DNA of 64,000 nucleotides from Chrysemys picta bellii. Its lineage: Eukaryota. The first letter of the stretch is position 1. Each line of letters starts with the position of its first letter. Under the pieces are notes generated by a model, which saw only the letters and a list, made by a program, of their open reading frames with translations, was not told the DNA's origin and did not search any database. Shown here piece after piece: positions 24,962 through 37,354 of the stretch. The position numbers were made by a program, and so were the translations under genes. The DNA is taken from NCBI RefSeq assembly GCF_011386835.1, contig NC_088797.1, positions 15,810,001 through 15,874,000 on the forward strand, in the 5' to 3' direction.

Positions 24962-26904
24962 AGAGGAAAAATTAGAAGCAGGTGACCATATTCCTTTAAA
25001 AATATATAATGTGGTCGAGGTAGATGAATTGGGAAGCTGGTGAGTTCAGTGTTTGTTTTCTCTTTCATGGAACAAGTGATGCAAAAAGAATATATTGGTT
25101 CTGAAGAAATATTGCTCATGCAGGCTCCTGTAACCGTATCTCTATTTCAATAGGATGCTAAACTTTACAACACAATAACCTTGTGTGCAACCAGGTGCTG
25201 CCTTCTGCACAAAATATAATCTCATTTAGAAGTACCTATTTTTATAGCATTGAATTGAAAGAGTAATTTAATATGGAACTGTCATTCCATTCACTGCCAT
25301 TCACAATTTCATAAAGGTCTCAACTCATCAAATATCTGCTGCACATTGAAGAGCAGATTCTGTGTTTCCTGTGTCTCTAGACTGTAGTTTACCTGACATG
25401 TTGCTTGTTTATGTAGAAACCCAGTATGGCTTTAGATGCAGGCTGGATTGGGCTCTGCATTTTTAGAGGGCATCATGACTTTGGAAGCAATTTCATGACA
25501 GAAAGAAATTGTCCTCTATGAAAGATCCACATGCTCACACTGCACAAGTCCATCTCCAGTGCTAGGGGAGCAAGAATAGATCACCTGGCCCAAATACACT
25601 GTGCTCTGGGCTGCGTCCCAAGAATCCGGGTCGCGGGAGAAGCCAGCTACCATAAAAGACTCGTTTCCCATTTTAGCACTGATCCCCCATCACTTGATGT
25701 GTCAGGATTACAATTGTGGGAATAGAGAAGAAGAAAAAGAAAGAGAATAAACTTTTTTTGATTGGCAGAATGGGAGGTCAAAAATTCTTCAATGAGTTCA
25801 GCAGTACAGTTAGGGTTATCCTCAACCATTAAGGTGCATTATTTATACTCTCATAGGATTGTATGTTACTAAACTGTTTTTCTATAATTTTAGGATAAAA
25901 TCCATTTTATTTTATTACTGAGAACTGAAAATTCCCTGTCGCTATCCCCTAGCAATTCTGCCAGAGGTAAAGCTTTTCTCCTTCTTAAAATGTAGAAGCA
26001 GCAATATTAAAAGCATTCATTTCCCAAATACACAGAGGTGTTTACAACTCAAATATGTAAAATACACTTTATCCATTTTAAAATAAGCACTGCATTTTGA
26101 AAAGAGGAAGTATAATTACGGTACTAAGTACTCACTGAAGCAGAACTATTTCCCTGTGTTATTCAGTATAACAGTAGAGTTAGTTATTGTGCAGTGATAT
26201 CACTACATCACAGAACTCACACAACTGTCACCTTTTAGAAATTAATATGCCAGTATTCAAATTTTGTTTTGACCAGCTAATTTTTTAACAACCAAAAAGA
26301 GCTCCTTGTATTAAAACAAATTCCCCATACAGTGACAGCCATCTGAAAGAGATGAGGGGGGAACCCCTCTGGGTTTTTTTTTTTTTTTATGCAGCAGTGA
26401 GAGGCCATTAATATGGACTGTGATATTAATTTCATGGGGACCTATATTTACATTTTGCTGTTAATTCAACAAGGTGAGCTATTGGTTAAGTGTTAGAAGG
26501 TAGTTTTGTTCCTCTCTTGAATAAAGAAACTTTTTTAGTTTTTATTCAGTAATTAGCTCAACAGACATTGCTTTCAGAAGCTTTTCAAGAAGAATGAGCA
26601 CAATTTTTCTTGGTTTCCATTATTTTTGTTGTCGGTGTTGGTAAAGGACCCTTTGAAAGAGTAAGTGAATTGTTGCAATGGGGAAGAACAGCGAGCAGCT
26701 ATTTGCTAGAGATTTAAATTCTGGAATTTAAGGCTGTATACTGTAAAGAACACTTGGGATAACTCCTTTATCTGCCCATTAGACTCACTTTGCTCATTCC
26801 CACAGTGTGTGTCTGATTGCTTCAGCTTGGCTGTTCCTGGGGAAATCCTGCTAAACACTTTATCTGAATTCTGTCCCTGAAGTAGTCAGCTAAGCATCAG
26901 CAGT

Positions 26905-27311
26905 ATTCATAGATTCATAGATTATAGGACTGGAAGGGACCTCGAGAGGTCATCGAGTCCAGTCCCCTGCCCGCATGCTGTTTTTGCAACAGCATCACAC
27001 TGTTGACTCATATTTAGCTTGTGGTCCACTATAACCCCTAGATCCCTTTCTGCCGTACTCCTACCTAGACAGTCTTTTCCCATTCTGTATGTGTGAAATT
27101 GATTTTTCCTTCCTAAGTGGAGCACTTTGCATTTGTCTTTGTTAAACTTCATCCTGTTTAACTCAGACCATTTCTCCAATTTGTCCAGATCATTTTGAAT
27201 TATGACCCTGTCCTCCAAAGTAGTTGCAATCCCTCCCAGTTTGGTATCATCCGCAAACTTAATAAGCGTACTTTCTATGCCAATATCTAAGTCGTTGTTG
27301 AAGATATTGAA
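26905..27311 (-). mobile_element. CR1 of the same subfamily with an internal deletion of ~540 bp
   Basis: (attcatag)n tail at 26905. RT C-terminal sequence (…[13 protein letters not shown]) is joined directly to the 3' UTR at ~26975. Confidence 0.93.
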
Positions 27312-27614
27312 CCCTCCTGCATTTTAGGTGCTCAAATGCACTTGTCCTCCTTTGACTTTCCTTTAAATTCTCACAGCGTCTAAGAGCACTGTGCTCTGGA
27401 GGTCAATAATTGTGATATTTTGTACTCCTAACGTGTACTTGGGCTGTTCATCCATACCCTTTGGGATTCCTCCAAGAGCTCCAGGGATCCATGGCATTGT
27501 CTTTATTTCAGTTCTCCATAATTGTTCCAGAGCTTGTGGCAGAGTTCTTCTCACTTCGCTATCTTGGTTTTTTATTTTTCTGTTTGCTTGGTATGGCCAT
27601 ATTAATGAACATGG

Positions 27615-28278
27615 TGTGATAGAGTTTACAGACCCCCTATTAAGGCTAAAGGAATGGTGGAGCAGTATTGGGCCAAGAAGGCCCTGCCCCTCAGCAGCTG
27701 CAGAGCATGCTCCAAATGGAGGTCTGATGTAAGAGGACTCTGTCAGTCAAATTGGGGTGGGGTGGGTGAGTGAGTGTGACTGTCTGTAGGAAGGCAGCTA
27801 GGCTTTAGATTTTGGGACAGGGTGATCTACAGGGGATGGGCCTGGATTGTAGCTAAGACCTGACTGGGAGGCCAGAGGCCTCACCCTTTTTCGCCCACCT
27901 TCTCTCTGAAATTGGACATTGACAGTGAGTTGGGAAGCCCCAGCAAGTTACCTTAATTGTTGAGACTGTGAGAGCAGCCCTTTGCTGAGAGGGAAGCAGA
28001 GTGCTGGTATGTCCCAAACTGAAGGGAGAATAGGAAGGTAGGAAGAGGCCTGGGGGTGGCTGGCCTGATATATCAGCTAAGAGGGCACTGAGACTCTCTT
28101 CACCACTTCCCCCTTGAGCCCTGGGCTGGGCCCTGGTGGAGAATGAGGACCTGGGTCCCCCTACCCTTTCCTCCTCCTCCTCCTCTGGCCAACTGGAAGA
28201 CTGCCCAGCAAGGCCATCCCAAGACTCTGGGAGACTGCTGAGCCACACCCTGCCAGCCCCCAGGTGAACCCCACTACA
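27615..28278. mobile_element. Solo LTR inserted in the R4-like endonuclease region
   Basis: TGTGA ... CTACA ends; 5-bp TSD catgg (27610-27614, 28279-28283). Endonuclease-coding sequence continues across it. Confidence 0.8.
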
Positions 28279-28892
28279 CATGGTCTTGTCATCTTTTCTA
28301 CAACACCTATGTCCAGCCCATTTGTTTGGACTGTTTGGTCTGTGGTGATTGCCAGACACCATAAAATCTTAGCCACTTGGTCCTCTGGAGAGCTTTCAGT
28401 TAGGTGGTCATAATTCTGCATAGTTTGTTTGTTTAATTCTGTACTTGCCAGAGAGACTCCAATGCAGACACTCGGTGACCTCATTGTGTCTGTTTATATA
28501 TTCTCTCCCAGCCAGGCTCCTACAGGCACTCAGTACATGCTCCACTGTCTCTTCCTTTTCGGAACACATTCTGTAGTTCAGAGAGCAGTTCTCTTGGTCA
28601 TTTTTCTTTAGAAAGTAATTAAGCCTTAAGGACTGCTCTAGTGCAGTCATAATGAGAGTCGCTGTTTCTTTTTTTGGTTATCTTCAAGCCAGGTGTTTGT
28701 TAACCTTTGATCACTAATGGGCTTGATCTATCTCTCTACCACTGTCCATGCATTGATTTCTGTGTAAATCTTTCAAGTCTTTATTTGACTATATGCTTTA
28801 TCATTTATTTTTTGCTTTCTTGGCTTGGGGTGCATGTTCGGCCATTGTTTGTTGTCACAACCAGATGATATCTTACTCTGGCTCTTACTCAC

Positions 28893-29791
28893 TGTGATAG
28901 GGTGGACTAGGTCCAGAGGGCCCCTGCTGGAGACCTCGTGGCCCTGCATCACCCTACTCAAGAATAGAGCAGAGAGAAGTCCTCCAGGAAGCCAAGAGTG
29001 GCTGCAGAGGAGTGGCCAATCAGAGGGGCTGATGGAGCAGCCAATCCAGGGCCACAAGGGCCCTATATAAGACAGGCAGCAGATCAGAGAAGTTCAGTTG
29101 CTGTGTGGAGTTTGAGGAGTGAAGACTGGGTGACTGGAATAGCAGCAGTACTGTGGACAGCTACTGTGGAGAATTCACTGCAGACAAGACTGAAGCCCAG
29201 GGAAGGCGGATGAAGACAGGTGCCTGGCTGGCAGGAAGAGCAGCAGGACCAACGGAAGGTCAGTGCGGGCAGGCTGAAGCCCAGGGGGACTGAGCACAGA
29301 ATCTAGCCAGGCCAGCGAGGGTACCAAGATGGCACCCACTGGTCTGGTTGGAGACTGCGCCCAGGGAGGCCTGCTGAAACACCACCAGCTGTGGGTACTG
29401 AGATGGGCCCCCTCTGGGTGGTTAAAGAAGGCAGTGCCTCTGGTAGAAGCCTTAGAGCCACGGCCCCATACCAGGGCCGAGATAAGAACTTGGACTGTAT
29501 ACACTGGAAGGGGGGACAGTGTATGTGGCTCAGCCAGAGGGCTGAGTCACTGAAGACCCACCAAGAGAACCATCAGCAGCTGGGGAGAGAGGGGTGCTTG
29601 CAAGAGGTGGGTGCCTCTTATATAAGATTTATATAAGATATAAGAATTAAACCCAAAAGCAGGCTCACACCCAACCAACGAAAGGGGGCTATGTGTGAGA
29701 GGCGGGTGCCACCCAAAAAAGACTGTGATTGCAGGTATATCGGCCAGAGAAAAGGGGGCGCTCACAAGAGATGGATACTGACCCTATTACA
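28893..29791. mobile_element. Second solo LTR inserted in the R4-like element
   Basis: tgtgatagggt ... accctattaca terminal inverted motif; degenerate flanks ctcac/ctctt; GC-rich non-coding body. Confidence 0.7.
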
Positions 29792-32700
29792 CTCTTGTAT
29801 ATTTTGATGTTATGGACTTCATTGTCAATTGCTTTCTCTACAGATAGCAGACCTTTTCCTCCATCACATTGTTGAATAGACATCCTGTACACATTTTGAA
29901 TGGTATTCATTATGCCATTTATTGTCTTGAGCTTTCTTGTGTGGATTTCATTTTTTTCTTCTTTTTTCTGCTCTGGCAGTGTACCATATTATTGGTACTG
30001 CCCATATATTAATGGTTTGGAACAATTTCTTTGAGTTGTGCTTTGTCCTTAGAGTAGTTCTTACTAATCTGTAATAGTCTTTCCTCATTTCTTCTTTTAC
30101 TTCTTTATATTGTTGTTCTAACGGTTCCCTGATTCCATGTTCATTGTAGGATCCATGCTGAGAGAGAGAGCTTAGTACCTTGGTTAAGTTGTATGCCATC
30201 TGATTGTATCAGTTTGTCCCTCTTAACAGATATCAACACACATTTATCTTGTTCTAGCCAAGCCAACCCACAACATTATGTCTTCACCAAATTTTGTCTT
30301 CACACCATCAATCTCTGTATCTCCTTTTGTGACCATACAGATTGTTTCAGATTATCCACGTATAACAAATGGTTAATTGCTCGTTGCTCTCTGCTGATCT
30401 GGTAACTACAATTTACCTCATGAAGCATCCATGTCAGTGACCGCATCGCTACCATGAACAGCACTGGTGATAAGGAATCTCCTTGAAAGGTTCCACTTTT
30501 GATTTGGACCTCAATGACAGTCCCTTTAAGGTAGAGTCAACTGTTCTAGTTAACCATTGATTGCTGCAGAAAGGAAATGATCTTTGGATGTACATTTTCA
30601 GTGTTTTGTGCATCCACAAATGTGGGATGCTGTCATATGCTTTTGGGTAGTCATCCACACCATCTCTAAATTTGCTTTTTTTTCATCTTCTGTGATCTTC
30701 CAGTTCAGCCTGAAGTGATCTTTTGTCCCTCTTGTGTTTTACTGTGCAGTCATTTTGCTTATGAGGCAACATTCCATTGAGCTAGCACTATCCAGAACTT
30801 CTTGGCAACAAATTACGTTAGAAGTTTCCATATGGTTGGTAAAAAAAAAAAAAAATGATCAGCCTTTAACTCATAGGATCACTGCAGCCTTCTCTATTTT
30901 TTTGTATGAGGACAGTTTTCCCTGTCACCATCCATCTTGGACATCCATTCTTGAAGCATTTATTAAGTTCTTCAAGTAATCAGTCATGGAGAGTTGTTAG
31001 GTGTTTCATCCATGAAACCTATTTTGCCTGGGTGCTTTCCAATTTTTCATTCCTTTCAGTAACTCATCTCTTCCTCTGATATTCCTGTGCATTCCTCTAT
31101 TGTGTCGCTTTTAAAACTTTTTTAGTTTAAATTATTTATTTATTATGAGAATTGTCACTTTTGATTGTGGCCTCCAAGCTTGAAATAGACATGGTTTAAA
31201 ATAGTGATGAAGAGTACTCTTGTCTTTCCAGCTACTGGAAAGTGGCATCCAAATTTATGCCAGGCCAGAGTGGTGTTTGATGATGTAGCTAGAAGTGTTA
31301 GCTCCTGAGACATTACAAGATGGTATCATGTTACCACAATCATGATCATACAGCCCACTGTGAACTGTATATGGGACCAAAATAAGATGAGCTCCAGCCT
31401 TTTCACTGGATGGAATGGAAATACCTTGAAATGACCAGCTCTTGCACTATTTTGCCCCCATAAGGCCATCAGGAATTAAATACAGATTTAGCTACAGATG
31501 CTGTAGCATCCCTGCTCTAGCTATAAGGTATCATATGTGAGGCTGTCGATAGGGCCACTGTGTCACAGTTCACATTCACTGTCTCCTTTCTCCTCCCTAT
31601 TTACATAGCCCAGATCATGCACTTTGCCTCTGTGGCTGAAGAGGGGCAAATACTTATTAGTTCTCTGCTTGGGGCCAGGGTTGATGGAGGGCTGCATCTG
31701 TGGCATAATTTTTCCCTTCCCCTAGATTCCATGGAAGCTGCTGTGTTCAGAGCAGGATCCATGGCTAGAGAAGTGGTGAGACATCCGTACTGACTTTTCT
31801 GTGTGGTGCCCTCTTTGTGCTGTGGAAACCACACATCCTTCCTGAGTGGAACTTCTGAGGACCATGGCAAGAACAGGAGCTCCTCTGCCAGAGAGGGGCT
31901 GTGAAAGCACAGGGTAAACAATGAGGCTTCAGTTATGGACTTTCCAGCTCCTTCTGCGTAGGTGACAGGACGTAAGTTAGTTCAATAATAACTTTAAGCT
32001 CTTGCTAGGGACCAGGCTCCCGAAACTCCCATTGAAGGTGTACGTCTTGTGTATGAGCTCTCTGCATATGGGTGTATTTCACACTATGCAAATTGATCAG
32101 TCATATGCTGTGTGTGCTAGCTACCAGATGTGTGAGTTAGTGTGACTGTGTGAGAAATAAAGCTATTTGTATGCAAATAACTCTGAGGCATTTCTCCTTA
32201 TTAGACGATGGAGGAGATCATCTGAAAAAAGACGTGGTATGCTTTAGCTCTGGTTTAGCAAATTTGTCTTGTCTCAACAGCATTCTAACAACAAGACCAA
32301 TTGAATAATGCAAAAAGAAAGCACAGGAGACACATGGTTTACGACACTTATGTTACCTTTACTGTGCAAGGTGGGCGTGAAATGTTTTATGGCGAGACAA
32401 AAAGATGATGTGCAATTAACTATAAACTCATGCAGCAGGTTTATCTTATGCTCAGCTCATCGATCTGCAGCTGTCTCCAGTGGACTCATAAGTTTCATCA
32501 AGAAAACCATTTGCAAGCCAGCAGACCAAAACAGATCATTTTCAGCTCCAAATTCACTCAAGGTTTTTCCCTAGTTTTGCTTTATTTTTAAGATTCATGG
32601 ATACTGCAAGCACACTGTAATAAAAGATGGTCAGATTATTGTTATTACTTCTGGTGGGCCTGTATATTGAAGTATATCTCATTAGGAACGCAAATCTGCA

Positions 32701-32834
32701 AACACCACTGCATGTGAGTAACTTTATACACACAAATAATTCCAAAAAACTCAATAGAGTGAAGTGGAAAATGCAAAATGTAACTTCATTTAAATTTTCA
32801 GCTTTCTAATTTTGATGATGATCCTGATAAATTA

Positions 32835-33110
32835 GGCTCAGAGAAGGGACCTTGTGGTTAAAGCACTAGACTGGTACTCAAGAGATTGAAGTTCAGTTTC
32901 CAACACTTCCACGGACTCTGTGTGTGACCTTCAGCAAATCACTTGATCTCTTTGTGCCTCAGTCCCTGATCTGTAAAATGGGGATAATTCTACTTTGTCT
33001 TGTCTAGTTAAAGAACAGATTCTTTGGGATGAAGACAGTCTCTGAAGACGCCTGGTACAAACATGCCCCAATCTCATTAGAGTACTGTAGGTGCTTATAT
33101 AATATAAATA
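32835..33110 (+). mobile_element. CORE/MIR-like SINE
   Basis: gtgaccttcagcaaatcactt..ctctttgtgcctcagt..catctgtaaaatggggataat-like core with an L2-like tail. Similar remnants at ~45003-45175, 48590-49030 and 61735-61835. Confidence 0.7.
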
Positions 33111-33904
33111 CGGATTGGTAGTGGAATGCTGCTCTTTTCAGCCCAGGGTTACTGGGCTATGTCCCATTCAGATCAGAAGTGACTGACTGAGTCTATTCTT
33201 TAATAACTATTCGGAGGCCCACATGAAGTGAGTTGATGGTCTTACTCCAGAATTTTAGAATCCTAATTATCTGCCCTATGTAAACAAATAAACAAGAATA
33301 TCAAAATGTATACTTATCTGGCAGCGTGTTGCAGGTCTAGCGGGTAGTTTGTTCTCCTTTGTTGTTCAATTTTTGCTCTATGTGCAATTTTATTCCTCAA
33401 GGTGATTCCCTCTCAATAGAGGTAAAGGCCTAGATCCTACAAAAGGATGTAGGCACCTAACTCCCACTTTAGGTGCCAAAGTCCAAAATTTAGGCACCAC
33501 TGAAATCACTAAACCCTCTGCTCAGCTGCCTCCTAACTCGGGAGATGCCCAATGCCCAAAATCCCTTAGCATCTAAATTTTTGCTGTAAAAATCCATTCA
33601 GTATCTGTCACTGGGCATGCACACTGTGCTCTGGAGAGTGATGCTTTGAGGTTTCACACAGACCAGAATCCTTGCTGCATTGAAGTCAGTGACAGTTTGG
33701 CCATTGATTGCAGTGGGTTAGGCGTTTCATCCTTGATGGAGCAGTAGAGCAGTTTAAATTTTTATTCTACCAAACTTTTTATTAGCTTTATCAGTGTATG
33801 ATCTAGTCTTAGCCCCTCTTTCTATTTATAAAATAAACAAACATCTAATCTGAGGGGTTTGTTGACAATTTAATTCATCCCTGTGATTCCGCCACCTCTT
33901 CTGA

Positions 33905-33906
<2 letters not shown>

Positions 33907-33936
<30 letters not shown>
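33907..33936. repeat. T30 homopolymer
   Basis: Seen directly in the sequence. Confidence 0.9.
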
Positions 33937-33937
<1 letters not shown>

Positions 33938-34949
33938 TAATCAAGTGGGAGGAATTATGAAAATCTAATGGTGTGCTCAGATTTAGAGACCGAAGAGATT
34001 GGAATATGCACTGAACTCAGAGGACTCCCCCTCTCTTATTTTCAGAATCTATTTCTTTGTTTTATCAAAGTCTCTACAAGCTTTAAAACCTAGATCAAGT
34101 TTAATTATGGTCCACAAAGAGAGGCGGGAAGAGAAGGTGGGGAGAAAGCTGCTCTCTGACCTGCATACACTTTGACCTCGGTAGCCTTTGTTGACTTTAC
34201 CCTTGAAGGTCTTCTGTTGCAGATGTCTGCCTACTGTTGTAACTGTAAAAATTACAGACTAAATCCTGAAGATCTTACTCATGCAAAGCTCCCTTTGAAT
34301 TCAAGCGACTAGATGAGGAACATAGTAGATGGACTGGAAAATGGAATTATCATATCCCTGGAAGATAAATTTTTCACCTATTAGAATGAGTTAGCTATGT
34401 TCAGTGAAAGTTGAGTATTTCAAATGGCTGAAGTCAATAGGCCAAATTCTAATGTGCTTTTCAGTGTGAGTAAAAGTATCAAAATCTAGCCCTAAAATTA
34501 AAAAGCTTAGTAGTGTGTTACTATATGTAATTTCAAATCCAAGGTATGCAAGTAGGAACATGTCACAGTTAATGATTCAACAACATGCCTTTCCTCTATC
34601 CCTCTGTTTTATTTAGACAATGAGGAACTGTTCCACAGTGGGGAGGTTCACCTTAAGGTTCTCAACTTACTCTTATATTTGTTTCCCTCAAATGATAACC
34701 AGGACATTTGTTCTTTGCCACATACTCCCAGAGTTTGTCTTCTGGTCCTTTCACTGAAGAAAAATAAAATGCAAAATGCACAAATTTGAGTGTGGCATTT
34801 TCACATATTGCAGGCATAGTTGTTTCTTTCCAAAACGATTAGGTAGAATTAATGCTAACATTCAAGTTACTATTGATTTATGAATAATGAAATATTAATT
34901 GTACATGTATAAAAGCAGGTATACACGGTGGCACAGGGGCTAGGAAGTT

Positions 34950-36998
34950 GGGCCTAGCTCCACAAAGCTACTCGGGTGTTGCACCCGTGAATAATTCATT
35001 TAGGCACCCTACTGCCTAGTTGAATCCACAAGTAGGTACCCAAGATGCCTACACATTGCAGAGGAAAGAGAGGCACTGTGATGGATTCCCCAGTCAGGTT
35101 GCCACCTGGAAGTGGGATACCAGCAAGCCCTTTGACCTACCCGGCTAGGCTCCCTCTCACTGTGCTGCTGTGACAAGCTGAAGACCTGCTCCCGATCCTA
35201 CACTTCCACCAGCATTCACATAAATAGGGATACATCCAGCTGCAGTTACATGTAGGCTCTCTGGCTAGACAGTAAAAAGGCTACAGCCAAAATAACCACC
35301 AGTTTCCAAGGGCTCTACTGTCCTGCCCTGGTCCAAATCCCAACCAGTATGAATTTATTATCCAGTTTACCTCCCCTTCAATGTGGAAAGGAATATGCAA
35401 CAGCCCCTCTGAGCTTAGATTCCCACACACTTCACTTAAAAACTCACTGGTTTAGATTAAGCAAAAACAAGTTTATTAACTAGAAAAGATAATTTTAAGT
35501 GATAGCAAACAGATCAAAGCAGATTACATAGACTTAATTTGCATTTTTGTTTATTTACTAAGATACTAGAAAGATAGGATATGAATTAGCAAATTCTCAC
35601 CTTGGCTGAGGATACAAGCAGGCTGCAGATTTTTAAGGGACAAGCTGCATTTGCTTTACAGCTTGGAATCCCCAGGTCTTTCATACCCAGGCTAGAAATC
35701 CCTTTAGCCTGGGTCCAGCACGTCCCCCAGTTCAGTCTTTGTTCCTCAGGTGTTTCCAGGAGTCTTCTTGGATGGGGAGTGAAGAACAACAGATGATGTC
35801 ACTACCTGGCTTATATAGCTTTAGCATAAGGTGGGAACCCTTGATTTCAAAACTTGATTCCCAGGCCAGTTGTGGAAAAATACTGGCATCCCAAGATGGA
35901 GTCCAGAATCATGTAGCCTGGTCACATGCCCTTGTAGAGTCATAGCAGCATTACTTACAGGCTGTCTGGAGTGTTCTCACGAAGGCTCACTGTGTGGGAG
36001 TTAAGCTTCTCCTAAGGCCCATTGTTTTCCCTAATGCCTCATTGCCCTGAATAGGCCCTTCCCAACCAGCTATCTAGACTGAAAGCATCATGTCTAGTGG
36101 GCGTTACCCAGGTGTAACTACAACTGAAGTACAGATACATAGTCAGTATTTATAACTTCAGATTCAAAAATGATACATGCATACAAATAGGACAGTCTTA
36201 TTCAGAAAATCATAACTTTTCCAATGACACCTCACATGACCCGTCTTGCAGCATAAAATGCATCATAATTATGCTATAATCATATCATAATAGCACTATG
36301 ACGAATATGAGGTGCAGTGTTACAGGCACCTTAGTATGGCAACCACAAAACCCAGCATGTTACATGGGAAACCACCTAACATAGCACAAAGCAGATGCCT
36401 AAGTCATTTCTCATAAGAACAGCTGTGGTGAGTGCCTAACTCCACACAATGCAGCCAGAGGTGAGGAGATCACCCTTATAACCTTGAACCCAGGGGTTAG
36501 GCACTCAATCTGAGAGACCACAGTTCAGTTCTCTCCTCTGCTTGATGACGAGAAGGGATTTGAACATGGGTTTCCAATCTTTCATGTGAGTGCCCCTACT
36601 TCAGGACTATGGGCTATTCTGATGTGAGAGTCTCTCCTGTTAAAGCCATTCCTTTTTGTAGAAATAATTAAATGTGATCGGGGACAGAGACAGAATGAGA
36701 GTGACACCCTTGTGCAGTGGTTAAGGTGGAGATGCAAAACCCTTTTTCAAATCCCTTATCCTCATCAGGTTATATGGGAGATCGTCTCCCCTTCCCAGGC
36801 CATTTTTGGGGGATCAGGCCCAACAGGCAAGATAGGTGAAGTCTCAAGTCCAGAGACATAAATTAGGCACCTGGGGGACTTTAACAGTGGAAATTTGGGC
36901 ACCAACGTAGTTTGGGTGTCTACTAGGTTTAGGTGGCAGCTGAATAAAGGGATTTTGGGGATTACATTAGTGCCTAAATCCCTCTGGGAATTTGGGTT
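34950..36998. mobile_element. Degraded Harbinger/Chompy-like element (taggcacctaa motifs) hosting the long LTR
   Basis: gggcctagctccacaaag start and gtgcctaaatccctctgggaatttggg end, with recurrent (t)aggcacc/gtgccta motifs on both sides of the LTR. Confidence 0.4.
35077..36324. mobile_element. Long (1248 bp) solo LTR or LTR-derived non-autonomous element
   Basis: TGTGA...TTACA ends; perfect 5-bp TSD ggcac (35072-35076, 36325-36329); no coding capacity. Confidence 0.85.
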
Positions 36999-37043
36999 AC
37001 AAAGCCTGTCCACCATTCAACTCCCACTACATAGACTCTAAGC

Positions 37044-37354
37044 CAGGGGTAGGCAACCTATGGCATGCGTGCCAAAGGCGGCACGCGAGCTGATTTTCAG
37101 TGGCACTCACATGGCCTGGGTCGTGGCCACTGCTCCGGGGGGCTCTGCATTTTAATTTAATTTTAAATGAAGCTTCTTAAACATTTTGAAAACCTTATTT
37201 ACTTTACATACAACAATAGTTTAGTTATATATTATAGACTTATAAAAAGAGACCTTCTAAAAACGTTAAAATGTATTACTGGCATGCGAAACCTTAAGTT
37301 AGAGTGAATAAATGAAGACTCGGCACACCACTTCTGAAAGGTTGCCGACCCCTG
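37044..37354. mobile_element. hAT (Charlie-like) MITE
   Basis: TIRs caggggtaggcaacct / aggttgccgacccctg; perfect 8-bp TSD ctctaagc. Confidence 0.93.

Larger units (their letters stand above)
27340..31100 (-). mobile_element. Decayed R4/Dong-clade non-LTR retrotransposon (RT, CCHC knuckle, restriction-like endonuclease)
   Basis: Fragments: DYPKAYDSIPH; YYRLVRTTLRTKHNSKKLFQTINIWAVPIIWY; GGKGLLSVE; RMCSEKEETVEHVLSACRSLAGREYINRHN; KILW..ITTD..V.TNGLDIGVVEK; IPGALGGIPK...LQSTVLL. Their order matches REL-type elements. Many stops and frameshifts. Confidence 0.8.

Noticed and set aside
25531-25829. CpG-containing segment with short ORFs (minus strand MGNESFMVAGF...)
   Set aside because: No recognisable protein and no convincing acceptor/donor pair; it could be regulatory, but I cannot support a call.
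27853-29765. Cluster of 70-169 aa GC-rich ORFs
   Set aside because: Most fall within the two solo LTRs; those outside are R4-like remnants already described.
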